A program made the translations under genes and the position numbers. The notes beneath the pieces are model-generated. The model worked only from the letters and a program-made list of their open reading frames with translations, did not search any database and had not been told where the DNA came from. A stretch of 63,395 nt of DNA, filler included, from Octopus bimaculoides (taxonomy: Eukaryota), in assembly GCF_001194135.2 (NCBI RefSeq). It is 4 parts of 4 records of this genome, joined end to end, with 100 filler letters (N's around TTAATTAATTAA, not from the genome) between each part and the next. Parts side by side here need not be neighbours in the genome. Positions count along the whole stretch, not along the records: positions 1 to 18,267 come from NC_069009.1; 3 more parts are not named here. The stretch is one strand, 5' to 3'. Shown in pieces: positions 1 through 11,704 of the stretch. Numbering within the stretch: the first letter of the stretch is position 1; each line of letters opens with the position of its first letter.

Positions 1-99
1 TATATATTTACAAGCTGCATTCCAGAAGTTTAAAGACTTCTTTGGGAGAGACATTTCTTAATTCCAAAGAAGGAGAAAACCCTATTTTCCTTCAAAGTA

Positions 100-530
100 G
101 GATCATCTGACTTCATTGCACCAGCCACTTCATAAGGGCCCCCATGGAAGTCCGCCAAAGGATCTCCAAGATCCTTGTCACAACCTCCTTCATCTTCTCT
201 ATGTCTTCAAAATATCTACCCCTGAGGTTCTCCTTCTGTTTGGCAAGCAACCAAAAGTCAAAAGGAGCAAAGCCTGGACTGTAGAGAGGATGAGGGACAG
301 TTTCAATGCCCATCTCAGGGTATCCTAGGAACAAACTTTGCACAAATTTTGCGCATGTTCAGATCTCCAGGAATAATTGTGCACAGTTGCCATACCAACT
401 CTAAACTGTTTGCTTATTGTCTTTATAGACATCCAGAAAATTGTGTATTTTCTCCACTAGCTCTGATGGCCCTCTCCCTCCCACACTTCTCATCATCTCT
501 CACCTCCTCTCTACCATCCTTAAATCTCTA
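100..530 (-). mobile_element. mariner-type transposase remnant (C-terminal catalytic region)
   Basis: ORF 113..343 reads PHPLYSPGFAPFDFWLL..LRGRYFEDIE, a degenerate form of the mariner HPPYSPDLAPSDF motif and its downstream helix. Confidence 0.8.
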
Positions 531-879
531 GTGCTAATGAAAAATTTAATCTATAAGCAGTTTGGAGCATTTCATAAGTTTCTGTAGCATTTTTGCCCAG
601 TTTAACACAAAAATTTATTGCATAGTGACCTTCTAAATTATCTTCACATCTCAACTGCATTCTGCAAACTAATCAGTTGTGACAAGCAATACTTAGCAGG
701 ACGTGTTAAAAGTGCTGTTACAGCTGTCTCCTTTAACTTGAATAACAAATGTTGGCAGGTCAGCTTATTGGATGTCTAGTAATGATATACTGAAATTAGA
801 ATAATCTAGGATAGTTATAACTGCCCCTCCTAAAAAAAGTCTCAAAACCTCTGAAATGCACATTGTGTGTGTGTTGCTG

Positions 880-1110
880 TCTTCACATCACATGGCAGTT
901 GTAAACAAGTGTCACTGTTATGCAAGCAAAGTCCTTCAATTCTAACCTTCTGTGAAAACATGTTTGGCCATGGGGAATATTACCCTAGTTAGAAACAGGT
1001 GAGGGTTGGTGACACAAAGGGCATCTGGCCATAAAAAATCTGCTTCAACAAGCTCTGTCCAACTCATGTGAGTGCAGAAAATTGGATGTTAAATGATGAT
1101 GATGATGAAT
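880..1110 (+). mobile_element. RTE-tail type short retroposon fragment ending in (GAT)n
   Basis: GGGCATCTGGCC..GGATGTTAAATGATGATGATG matches the 3' end shared by many copies in this window. Confidence 0.55.
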
Positions 1111-1409
1111 TTGCACTCACAATGTCAAGAAGTTTATCTACAATAAATTGCTTATACTTCTACAATGCACAAAATATTAAAATTTTTTTATACAAATTTT
1201 TATAATAATTATTAAGATACAGTAGAATTTTTTAATAAATATATTGAATGGCTGTGGAGGGTCTATCTGAGTAAAGTATGAAACAAAGGGGTCCATGGGA
1301 AAAAAATGATTAAGAAATACTGCTGTAAAGCATTTAGTTTGGTGCTTGACCATCTCACAACTACTCTGATGTCAAAACAGTAAACTTCTAGATTAGAGAG
1401 GGTACATAC

Positions 1410-1471
1410 CTTGGGCAAGTCTTTTCTGTCTTCTTTGCACAATCAAAGCAAAATACATGTTTACATGGTAT
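1410..1471 (-). CDS. CBLL1: Internal coding exon, RING finger of Hakai/CBLL1-like E3 ubiquitin ligase (IPCKHVFCFDCAKKTEKTCP)
   Basis: Minus strand has a strong acceptor TTTGTTTTTTTGTTTTTTTCCAG, a 62-nt exon and donor GTATGT. The phase-0 translation IPCKHVFCFDCAKKTEKTCP(R/S) matches the recalled Hakai RING signature IPCKHVFCxxC...CP. Other exons were not located. Confidence 0.8.
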
Positions 1472-1522
1472 CTGGAAAAAAACAAAAAAACAAATTAAAG
1501 ACAGAGGATAAAATGAAACAAT

Positions 1523-1880
1523 AGGTGTAGATTTAGCTGTGTGGTAAGAAGGTTGCTTCCCAACCACATGGCTCTAGGTTCAGTTCCACAGCATGACACC
1601 TTGGGCAGTACTCTTCTACTTAGCCTCAGGCTGACCAAAGCTTTGTGAGTGAATTTGGTTGATGGTAACTGAAAGAAGCCTGTTGTATGTGTGTTTCTTT
1701 GTGTCTTATGTTTGTCCCTCACCATCGCTTGACGAGTGTTGGTGTCTTTATGACAGCAGTTCAGCAAAAATAATTGATAGAATAAGTACCAGGCTTTAAA
1801 AGAAGTACTTGGGTTGATCCATGTGATTGAAAGATTTTCAATGTGGCACCCCACCATGGCCACAGTCTAATGAATGAAAC
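1523..1880 (+). mobile_element. tRNA-derived SINE (family A, ~390 bp), degenerate copy
   Basis: Head TAGCTGTGTGGTAAG..GGTTCAGTTCC (pol III A/B-box-like); body matches the copies at 6388, 15684 and 40695. Confidence 0.75.
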
Positions 1881-1896
1881 AAGTTGATAAAAAGAT

Positions 1897-2232
1897 ATGT
1901 ATTTGTGTGGTATGAAGTTTGCTTCCCAACCACATGGTTCCAGGTTCAATCCCACTGTGGCATCTTGGGTGTTTTCTACTATACTCTTTGGTCAACCAAA
2001 CCGTTGTGAGTGGATCTGAAAGATGGAAACTGAAAGAGGCCCATCGTGTTTGTGTCTGTGTTTGTCCATCACCACTGCTTGACAACGTGTAACTTAGTGG
2101 TTCAGAAAAAGTGACCAACAGATTAAGTACCAGGCTTTAAAAAATTAAAATAAATACTGGGGTTGATTCATTCAACTAAATATTCATCAAGGCAGTGCCC
2201 CAGCTTGGCTGCAGTCTAATGACTGAAACAAG
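1897..2232 (+). mobile_element. tRNA-derived SINE (family A), second tandem copy
   Basis: Same head (GTGTGGTATGAAGTTTGCTTCCCAACCACATGGTTCC) and tail (GCAGTCTAATGACTGAAACAAG) as the preceding copy. Confidence 0.7.
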
Positions 2233-2799
2233 TAAAATATAAAAAAAAAAAATCCCTGCTTATATAACCAATGTGCAATACAAGGGAAATAATCAATACT
2301 ATAGTCACTGAATGACTGTCTCCCTTCAAGATGTCAGGAAAATGTGATTGCACTCTTATCTGACGAGATAATTCACTTGTCAACTTTACTAAAAATACAA
2401 TCGAATAATAGTGAATATATTCCAACCCTTGGTTTAAGCATAACCAGGCTGTTTATTGCACAATAGTCTGGGGGGATTGGACTTTCATTTTGCTTGGAAA
2501 CGGGTGGGGAGGGTTAACATAAAGGGCAGATAACCATTGAAGATTCTGCCCCAAATTAATCTCGTCTGACCCACTGATGCAAGAAGTAGAATTTAAGATG
2601 ATGAGGATGATCATACTTACATACATACATACATACACACACCACACACACATACATACATTGTTGATCGGGTAATTACTTTTAGTGTTTATCAGGAACC
2701 ACATTGAAAGTATTATTATATGTATAATTTACTCCTCCTATATGTGTGTATTTTTAGAAGAGAAAACCATGTCATAATTGAAGTAGAGGAAAGATCAAT

Positions 2800-4095
2800 A
2801 TCCAACATGAACTTGTGCTTGTTTATGATACAACAATAATAAGTGAGTTGTATGTGTTATTTCATTTATCTAAACAGTAATGGTAATGATATAATACAGT
2901 TCATTGAAATAAGTAATTTACTCATTCTTGAATGTAATGATAGTAATGGGAAATGAAGTTATTGCAGTATTCGTGTTGCATTAAGAGTGAATATTTCTTT
3001 ATGAACAATGTTTTTTTTTGTTTTATTTCAGGGTAAACCTTTACTACAAACAGTGAGAATGTTTGGGTCAATGAAGTTTGTGCACAACTCATCTGGTACC
3101 ATTGCATAATTTTGGTTATGACAAAATATCTAATAGCATAATAGGTGTCCCTTTTTTCAACTGAAGACAATGAAGAGCTGTACCTGGTGGTTGTAGTGAG
3201 TTGAATTCGATGAGGTACTTGACACTATCCTGATCATAAACACTGTCAATTGAGTTATAAGTGCAGACCTCTGGAAGTTTATTCAATAGCATATTATTAA
3301 TGATATGTAGAGGAACATTTTTTTGGAGCCAGGATAGCTGTCACCGATGTAATCTATATTGTAATTATGAAGAAGGTTAGGAAAGATTTCAGAGATCAAA
3401 TCATCAACGGAATCAGTTGAATTCTATATAAGCATGGAGTGTAAGAAACTGTTCTTCAACAATTGGAACTCTCCCTTCACAAAGTTTCAAAAGCTGCTCC
3501 ACAAATAGTTCAGCTCGCTGATCTCTCTTGAAAGTGTTGGTCTCATATAATAATTGAAGTAGAAAAGAGATGAACTTCTCTTTGTTTATTATAAGACAAT
3601 AGCGAGTTTTATTTTTTTATTATATTTATCAATACAGTAATGGCAATTATATAATACAGTTCACTGAAATAGGTAATTTAGTCATTCTTGAATGTAATGA
3701 TAGTAATGGGAAATTAAGTTATTGAAGTATTTGTGTTGCATTAAGAGTGAATATTTCTTCATAAACAATGTTTTTGTTTTATTTTGGGGTGCATAAACAG
3801 AAAGATTTACTTTTGCTCCCATACATGATGCTCCTACATAAAGTTGGCCATGTAAAAAGCATGGTTGTTCAAGTTGCAATCCAGCAACTTTTAGTGTTTG
3901 GCCCTGACTTTTATTAATGCTCACGGCAAAAGAAACTCGGATAGGAAATTGTAACTGTTTTAATTGGAATGAGATATTGAATGGTACAACTGGTATGCGA
4001 GGAATGAAGACAGTGTTGCCTTTACCACAGCCAGTGAGAATGTTTTCTTCAATGCAGTTCTTCATAAGTTGTACCATTGCATAATTTTGGTTGAG
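2800..4095 (-). mobile_element. Helitron 3' region (PIF1-like helicase C-terminus), two head-to-tail copies
   Basis: ORF 3682..4077 has QFPIRVSFAVSINKSQGQTL and HGQLYV (PIF1/Helitron helicase motifs V-VI); 2820-3010 and 3580-3780 are near-identical direct repeats. Confidence 0.85.
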
Positions 4096-4440
4096 ACATT
4101 TTTGAAATCACGTTCATTTAAAGATATTTCTAAATGATAAAAATACTGTGTTTAGCAAAAGTGAAAATACAAACATTTATTGTAAAAATAATTAATTTTT
4201 TTTCTTTTTTTTTTTTGGCATGTTAGTCATAATGCGTCTAATCAAAAGGTTAGATTTTCTTCCCTTTCAAAGTAAAGTTATTTTTGGCATATTTTCCACA
4301 TTGCATCGTTTTGGGTATTTATACCCACAAAACCCCTAGTATCTCAAGAACCAGTTGTCTGATTCTATTCCGTTTAGGAGGACCTTTATTCTGCGCTAAT
4401 TTGGCTGTGTAAAAGTGCAAGGAAGCAAGCAAGATTGAAG

Positions 4441-4585
4441 TTCATCATCATCATTTAACGTCTGCTTTCCATGCTGGCATGGGTTGGACAGTTCGACTGG
4501 GGTCTGGGAAACCAGGAGGCTGCACCAGGCTCCAGTCTGATCTGGCAGTGTTTTTACAGCTGGATGCCCTTCCTAACACCAACAC
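4441..4585 (-). mobile_element. RTE 3'-tail fragment, (CAT)n on the plus strand
   Basis: CATCATCATTTAACGTCTGCTTTCCATGCTGGCATGGGTTGG, the reverse complement of the 3' end seen on the RTE copy at 19440-19635. Confidence 0.7.
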
Positions 4586-5142
4586 ACATTATATATTTAA
4601 AATAATATATGCTTGCTAAGGACTTCTGGTAATGCATGCCTGCACAATGATGTACAGTGACCTGTCAAAGTTAGCAGCATCATAGTTACACATGTGCCTC
4701 ACCAACTTCATTTCCTCGTAACTTGCAAAAAAATGGATGTGTTTTAATGAAATTTTCAACAAATATGCTTCAGATAGTGTAGATTCCAATTATATCAGAA
4801 TTTGTTTCGAAATAAATTTCTCATAAAAAAAAAAAAGAAAAGAATGTGTCAGCATGTATGTGTGCTATCCCTCCAATTTTTATTTTGATATTAAATTTCA
4901 ATATAATCATAATCTACACACTCTGATAGGTATATGTTGAAATTTGAATTGAAAAGTACCTATTTTTCACAAGGTTATGAGGAAACAAAGCCAACTCGCA
5001 TAAATTTTCTGCAACTCCTCTCCCTATTTGCCCAAATAAATTTTTCACAATAAATTCAGATATAATCATATTAGTCAATTAACAAACCACCTACTCCCCT
5101 CTCTCTCTACTGATATAACCAATCAGCTGTTTATTGTTTATC

Positions 5143-6330
5143 TAACCCTTTAGTGTTTAGACCAGCCAGAACCGGCCGAAAATTATTCTCCTTTATGTGT
5201 TTGAATCGGCCAAATCCGGCCAGATCTGATTTCCCTGAAATCACTAAAAAATTTAAAAATCACATTATTGAATTCTTGTAGCTTGAGATTATGCGAGAAA
5301 GCCTTTCCTACCTTTATTCAAGTAAAAATACAGTGAAATATTTGAGACTTCTTGTTTTTTTTCAACATTTGAAGAGAAGTGTGTATCTTAGTTTTTAATG
5401 ATATGGTGTCAGCAAGTAGTGATTCTGACTTCAAAGGTTTTACTCTTGATGATGTACAAAAAATAAGTGCAAACAACAGTGATTTGTCTTCAGATAAATC
5501 ATACTGACATTAATGAATCTTTGTCTGACGAGGAAGATTTTGATAATGAAAGTGATGAAAATGATATTGAAAACATTATGGCAACATGGTTGAAGATTAC
5601 TACATCAACTAGAATTGCCGATTTCACAGAAAAGACTAGTCTATAAATACAGTCTACCTCTCAATGCTCAACTACTGGACTATCTATTTATATTTTTACA
5701 ATTTTCTTTTTGAAATCGTGAATGAAAAAAAAAACGCTCAACGTATAATTTCTATTTGTAGGAGACCCAATCCACTATGGCAGCCAACTAATACTGTGGA
5801 AATGTGAGCCTTTTTAACTCTAAACATTATGTTTGGCATCAAGCAGCTTCCTGTGGAACTCTGGAATCCCCATATAAGGTATGGTGATCCATATATCTCG
5901 GGCATTATGTCTAAATATAGTTAATTCAGATATTGTTTATGCAAAAGGCAACAAGGAACCTCAGCCAACAAAGTACTACAACCATTTGAAATTTCGGGTT
6001 GACATTGCATCTCAGTTATGTGATGGCTTTTCTTCCAGGAAGCACAGAACTGGGAGAAAAGCAAAATAGTGACTTCCATAAAATGGAAAAAATAAATGGA
6101 AGGAAAAAAGTTTGCAGACAGTGATCACTGCAAAAGGATAACAGGTCAAGACCTCGTATATGTGTTCGTTTTGCAAAGTGCCCTTGTGCAAAGTGTGTTT
6201 TGGACAGTTTCACAATTGAAATATGGCATAACTATATTTTGTTGTTTGATAGTAATACTATCATATGTCCTTTTCATTTTATTAAAAATATATGTAAGAA
6301 ATACATATTAATTTTCAGTATGTTACACAC
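5143..6330 (+). mobile_element. Degenerate piggyBac-family element
   Basis: Starts TAACCCTTTAG (piggyBac-like TTAA-CCC end). It has an acidic N-terminal remnant (SDSDFKGF, 5420-5580), YYNHLKFRVDIASQL, and a C-terminal Cys-rich domain read by hand at ~6150-6220 (KTSYMCSFCKVPLCKVCFGQFHN*). Confidence 0.75.
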
Positions 6331-6387
6331 CTGTATTCATCTTTGCCTCACCTTTTAATGAGCTTTTTTTATTAGATGCATTCTGTT

Positions 6388-6773
6388 ATACTCTTTTACT
6401 CGTTTTAGTCATTTGACTGCAGCTATGCTGGAGCACCGCCTTTTAGATGAGCAAATCGACCCCAGGACCTATTCTTTGTAAGCCTAGTACTTATTCTATC
6501 GGTCTCATTTTGCCAAACTGCTAAGTTGCGGGGATGTAAACACACCACCATCGGTTGTCAAGCGATGCTAGGGGAACAAACAGACACACAAACATATATA
6601 TACATATATACGACGGGCTTCTTTCAGTTTCCGTCTACCAAATCCACTCACAAGGCTTTGGTCGGCCCGAGGCCATAGTAGAAGACACTTGCCCAAGGTG
6701 CCACGCAGTGGGAATGAACCTGAACCATGTGGTTGGTAAGCAAGCTACTTACCACACAGCCACTCCTGCGCCT
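6388..6773 (-). mobile_element. tRNA-derived SINE (family A), full length
   Basis: Minus-strand head TAGGCGCAGGAGTGGCTGTGTGGTAAG..GGTTCATTCCC; complete body matching 15684-16082 and 40695-41075. Confidence 0.85.
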
Positions 6774-7077
6774 ATATAAATATATTCATTAAATTGTGTA
6801 AAAGTACATAGCTAATGATATATTGACTAGTAAAAGAGTTTTGTACTTTATTTTCAATGAAAATGTTTGAATGAAATATAGAGAAAGAATAAAATTTTGT
6901 ACCAATTATACTTGTATTTTAATTAATTCAAATTAATGTACCTCATCTTGAAAAATGGCAAAATTGTTGGCAGTTGACATCTGGGATAATTTAGTAACAA
7001 ATCAAACAGGTAAGATGCATTAAGAATTTCAATTTTAGTGTTTATCCATTAATTTTAGTGTTTCAATTTTAGTGTTT

Positions 7078-10000
7078 AGTCAGAGTGTGTGATAGAGTAC
7101 TTAAGCTCAGGCTAGTCTTGTAGAATAGTACAGCAACAATTATCTCTGCCTATTCCCCCACCAGGCAGGGCTGCCGAATGAACAGAAAGACCACTTTTAT
7201 ATCCTTTTGCAGGCTACCTCAAAGACAAATGACAAGGTTCTCATCTTTGTGGCTGGTGATTTCAATAGACATGTTGGGCAGCAGCCAGGTCCCTTCCATG
7301 GAGTACATGGGAGTCATGAAATAGGCTCCCAAAACAAAAAGGGAACAAGGCTATTGGAGTTCTGTGATATGAATAACCTAATGATCTGCAACACCAACTT
7401 CAGGAAGCCAGCCAGGCACCTGCTTACCTATCAATTGGGTGACCATGCTAGCCAGATTGATTTCATTCTCACCAGACAGCGAGATGGTCACTTGTAAATA
7501 CAAAGATCTTCCCTGGTGAAGAATGTATGTCCCAGCATAGACAAGTCATCAGTGACTTTAGACTTCAGGCCAGAAGACTGCCTAGAAGCAGACCTATTTG
7601 AAAAAGAAAGATCTGGAAACTTAAGGATCCTTTATATGGTTAGATATTTAGGAACATCTTGAGAAATTTGATAAGAAGGAGGAGGAACTACAGACTTGTG
7701 AAATAGAGGGCAACTGGGAATTCTTGCAGGACAGCTTGCTGAGAGCCACAAACCAAATCTGCAGCTGGTGCAAAGTCCAAACCAGAACTAGAGTGAGATG
7801 GGAGTGGAGTGACACTGTAGACAAGGTCATTAGAGCAAAGAAACAGGCCTGGAAGACTGGCGTTAGCAGGGAACTATATCAAGTAGCTAGGAGGGAGGCT
7901 AGAAAACAGGTGTATTTAGCCAAGAGAGAAGCAGAGAAGAGGAAGTTTGCCAATGTTCTGCGTCGTGAGGACCAGAGGCCCGAAGTGTTCCAGATAGTAA
8001 GACAAAGTGTCAGAGAAACTTGTGATGTGGTAGGAGAGAAATGTGTTTGCATGGATGATGGATCACTGGTAGTTAGTGACCCTGCAAAGAAGGAGGCTTG
8101 GAAGTACCACTATGATAGGCTCTTCAAAGTAGAGAACTCGTAGGAGACGGAGAGTTTGCCTAGTGTGGATCCAACAGAAGGACCAGCAATCCAAATAGAC
8201 AGTAGCATGGTAGACAAAGCCATGAAGGATATGAAGGCAGGAAGAGCCCCTAGCCCATCTGAAATAATTGCTGAGATATTTAAAATATCTGGCGGTGTGG
8301 GTTATGGCCTAGTCACTCATATAGTTAATCAGTTTGTACACAAAGGAGTCAAACCCAATGACTGGTGTAGCAGCACCTTAGTCAAAGGTAAAGGTGACAC
8401 CTTAGATAGAAAAAATTACAGAGGTATCAAATTGTTGGATCAGGTGATGAAAGTCACAGAGAGATTATAGCCCAACTAATTAGAGACAGGGTTAGTCAAG
8501 ATGAGATGCAGTTTGTTTTTGGGCTGGAGAGAAGGACCACTGATGCAATATTTCTGGTAAGGCAGCTGCAAGAGAAGTACCTAGCCAAAGACAAACCTCT
8601 GTACTTGGCATTTGTTGACATGGAGAAAGCTTTTGACATGGTCCCCCGCTCCTTTATCTGGTGGTTTATGCAGAAACTAGGGATAGATGAGTGGTTGGTG
8701 AGCGCTGTACAAGCCATGTACAGGGTTGCTGTCAGTAAGGTGAGGGTTGGCAACAAGTAGCAATGAATTCAGAGTACAAGGATCAGTCCTCAGTCCCTGA
8801 GAGCTCCACTATGCTGATGACTTTGTCCTTATAGCTGAATCACTACCAGAACTAGAGAAGAAGTTCTAGGTGTGGAAGCAAGGTCTAGAATCAAAGGGCC
8901 TTAGAATTAACCGAGCAAAAACCAAAGTCTTATTAAGTAGGAAAGCAGACAAATCACAAATCCCCTCAGGTAGATGGCCCTGCTCAATCTGTAGGAAAGG
9001 TGTAGGTGAAAATTCCATAAGATGTACCCAGTGTCGGCTATGAACACATAAGAGATGCAGTAATATCAGAGGAAGGTTAACTGGGAAAATAATTTTTGTA
9101 TGTGGATGGTGCACAGGTACAATAAACTCTTAAAGTGTACAGAAAATAGACTCCCTCAAATGCTAGGTGGGGTAAGCTAGAAGTAGTTGATAGCTTCCAT
9201 TATCTAGGTGACCAAGTTAGTAGTGGAGGTGGATGCTCTGAGAGCATAGCTGCAAGAATAAGTAGTTTAAAGAGCTCCTATCTCTGTTGGCAACAAAGGG
9301 CCTCTCCCTCAGAGTGAAAGGCAGATTGTATGATGCCTGTGTGTGAACAGCTGTGCTACACGGCAGTGAAACATGAGCTGTGACCACTGAGGACATGCAT
9401 AGGCTTGAAAGAAATGAAACTAGCATACTTTGTTGAATGTATGATATCAAATTGCAAGTACAACAGTGTGTAAACATCTTGGGAGAAAAGTTGGACACAA
9501 GAGGCATCAGATGTAGAATCAAGAGAGGTGATTGCACTGTTATGGTCATGTGATACATATGGACAAGGACAGCTGTGTAAATAAGTGTAGATCTCTAACT
9601 ATGGAGGGAACATGTGGAAGAGGTAGACCCAGGAAGACATGAGATGAGGTAGTGAAGCATGATCTTCGAACGTTGGGCCTCCCAGAGGCAGTGACTGAGA
9701 CCTTTGGTGATATTCTCTGCTCGAGAAAGCCCATCAAGCTAAGTGAAATCGTAGTCGTGGCCGATGCCAGTGTCATGTAACTGGCACATAAAAATCACCT
9801 TTCGAACATTGGGCCTCACGGTGGCAATGTGACTGATGCCGGTGTCGCATAACTGGCAACTATGCCAGTGTCACATAAAAAGCACTTTCAAGCATTGGGC
9901 CTCACAGAGGCAACTAGCACCCATGCTGGTGGTATGTAAAAAGCACCAGCCAAGCGTCAGGCCTCATGGAGATAATGTGGCCGATGCCAGTGTCGAGTAA

Positions 10001-10335
10001 CTGGCACCTGCGCCAGTTGCACATAAAAAACAACTCTGAAGTGTTGGGCCTCATGAAGGCAATGACAAATGACCAAGACCGTTGACAATATGCTATGTTT
10101 GAGAAGACCCATCAAGCCAAGTGAAATCATAGTCGTGGTATATACTGGTATCATGCAATTGGCATGTAAATGCACCTGCTACACTCTTGGAGTGGTTGGC
10201 ATTAGGAAGGGCATCCAGCCATAGAAACCATGTGAAATCAGACTGGAGTGTGGTGCAACCCCTCAGTTTACTAGCACTGGTCAAACTGTCCAACACATGT
10301 CAGCATGGCAACAGACGTTAAATGATAATGATGAT
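7078..10335 (+). mobile_element. RTE-clade LINE, long decayed copy (AP endonuclease, RT, 3' UTR)
   Basis: Endonuclease motifs AGDFNRHVG and QIDFIL; RT motifs NYRGIKLLDQVMKV, LAFVDMEKAFD and WYGHV-like; frameshifts, internal deletions and a (GAT)n tail at ~10320. Confidence 0.9.
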
Positions 10336-11097
10336 AGGAAATTCATAAAAAAGTATGCATTTATCTGAAGTTAAGAAGAAATTAAATTGTTGGGGCAAAT
10401 TTGTGTACAAATGCTCATTGCTTTAACATAATACTATGTTGCTATTATATATCTACATATCAGTTGGCTTTGTATGACTTTCATTTTGTATGTAACTAAT
10501 TGTACAACTGCATGTTATATATATACAAAGAATATACTTCTTTTGTTCAGTTTGCATCAAAGGGGAATAATACTGAAAATGTAATGGGTTCAATTTTTCA
10601 CTATACATAAAAATAAATAGGATAACAGTATTTATGATGATATTGTGTTTAGTAATGGATATTAACTGTATTTTAAATGCATTGCAATATATATCATCAT
10701 TATCATCATTTAACGTCTGCCTTCCATCCTGGCATGGGTTGGGCGGTTTGACAGGAGTTGGCCAGGCAGGAGCCTGCAACTAGACTGGTCTGTCCATTTT
10801 GGCAGGGTTTTTACAGCTGGGTGCCCTTCCTAACACCAGCCAGCAGTAATTTTTTATTGCTTTATAAACATACACTCTCTTAATATAACTGCACTTCATC
10901 TTGTAGCCCTACATTTTCCATTATTGATGTTAGCGCTTCAGTCGTGTACGTCTTGCCACCATTCTTACTACATGCATACTTATGCGCATACACTACAGGA
11001 ATATATGATACAATGATATCAAACCAATGTAAAACATGCTATCTTAAAGATAGTGTGACTGCACTAGTGTGTGTGTGTATATATATATATATACATA

Positions 11098-11320
11098 TAT
11101 ATATTCCATCTTTTACCTTTTACTTGTTTCAGTAATTGAACAGCAGCCATGCTGGGACACTGCCTTTAAGGGTTTTAGTAGAACAAATCAACCCTAAGAC
11201 TTAATTTTAAAGCCCATCAGTTTCATTTGCCAAACCACTAAGCTACAGAGATATAAACACACCAACACCGGTTGTCAAGTGATGGTGGGCAGACAAACAC
11301 AGACACAAAGACTCACATAT
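11098..11320 (-). mobile_element. Partial family A SINE
   Basis: TTGTTTCAGTAATTGAACAGCAGCCATGCTGG..ACACACCAACACCGGTTGTC matches the SINE 3' half. Confidence 0.6.
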
Positions 11321-11704
11321 ATTCCTTTTCCTTGCTGATGCTCTTGAATTAACAACTCGCTAGTTCACTCTTTCTTGAATCAACAGCTAAATTTTTGTTA
11401 TTATTCATATATGAATTAGTCAATGAATCTAGGATTCTCCCATTTCTTTCAATATCTAGTTGCTAAGGCCACGTGTAATTTTTATTTCACTTCAATTTCA
11501 GCCATACTCCTGTTGCAAAATGCTTACGAGATAATTTTATCGATTAAAAAAATTTAGATGTACATTAATTTAGTATTAATATCTTAATGATAAGAATAAT
11601 AATCATTATTAAATACCACAGCTTTCCTTCTGTGCCCAAACTAGCTATATGGTGTGTAAGCTTAGTTTACACTAGGACTGCTCAACGTCCATTTTGCACA
11701 CCCG

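Noticed and set aside
6975-7012. Possible plus-strand first exon MAKLLAVDIWDNLVTNQT followed by GTAAGA
   Set aside because: Too short to distinguish from chance; no supporting homology
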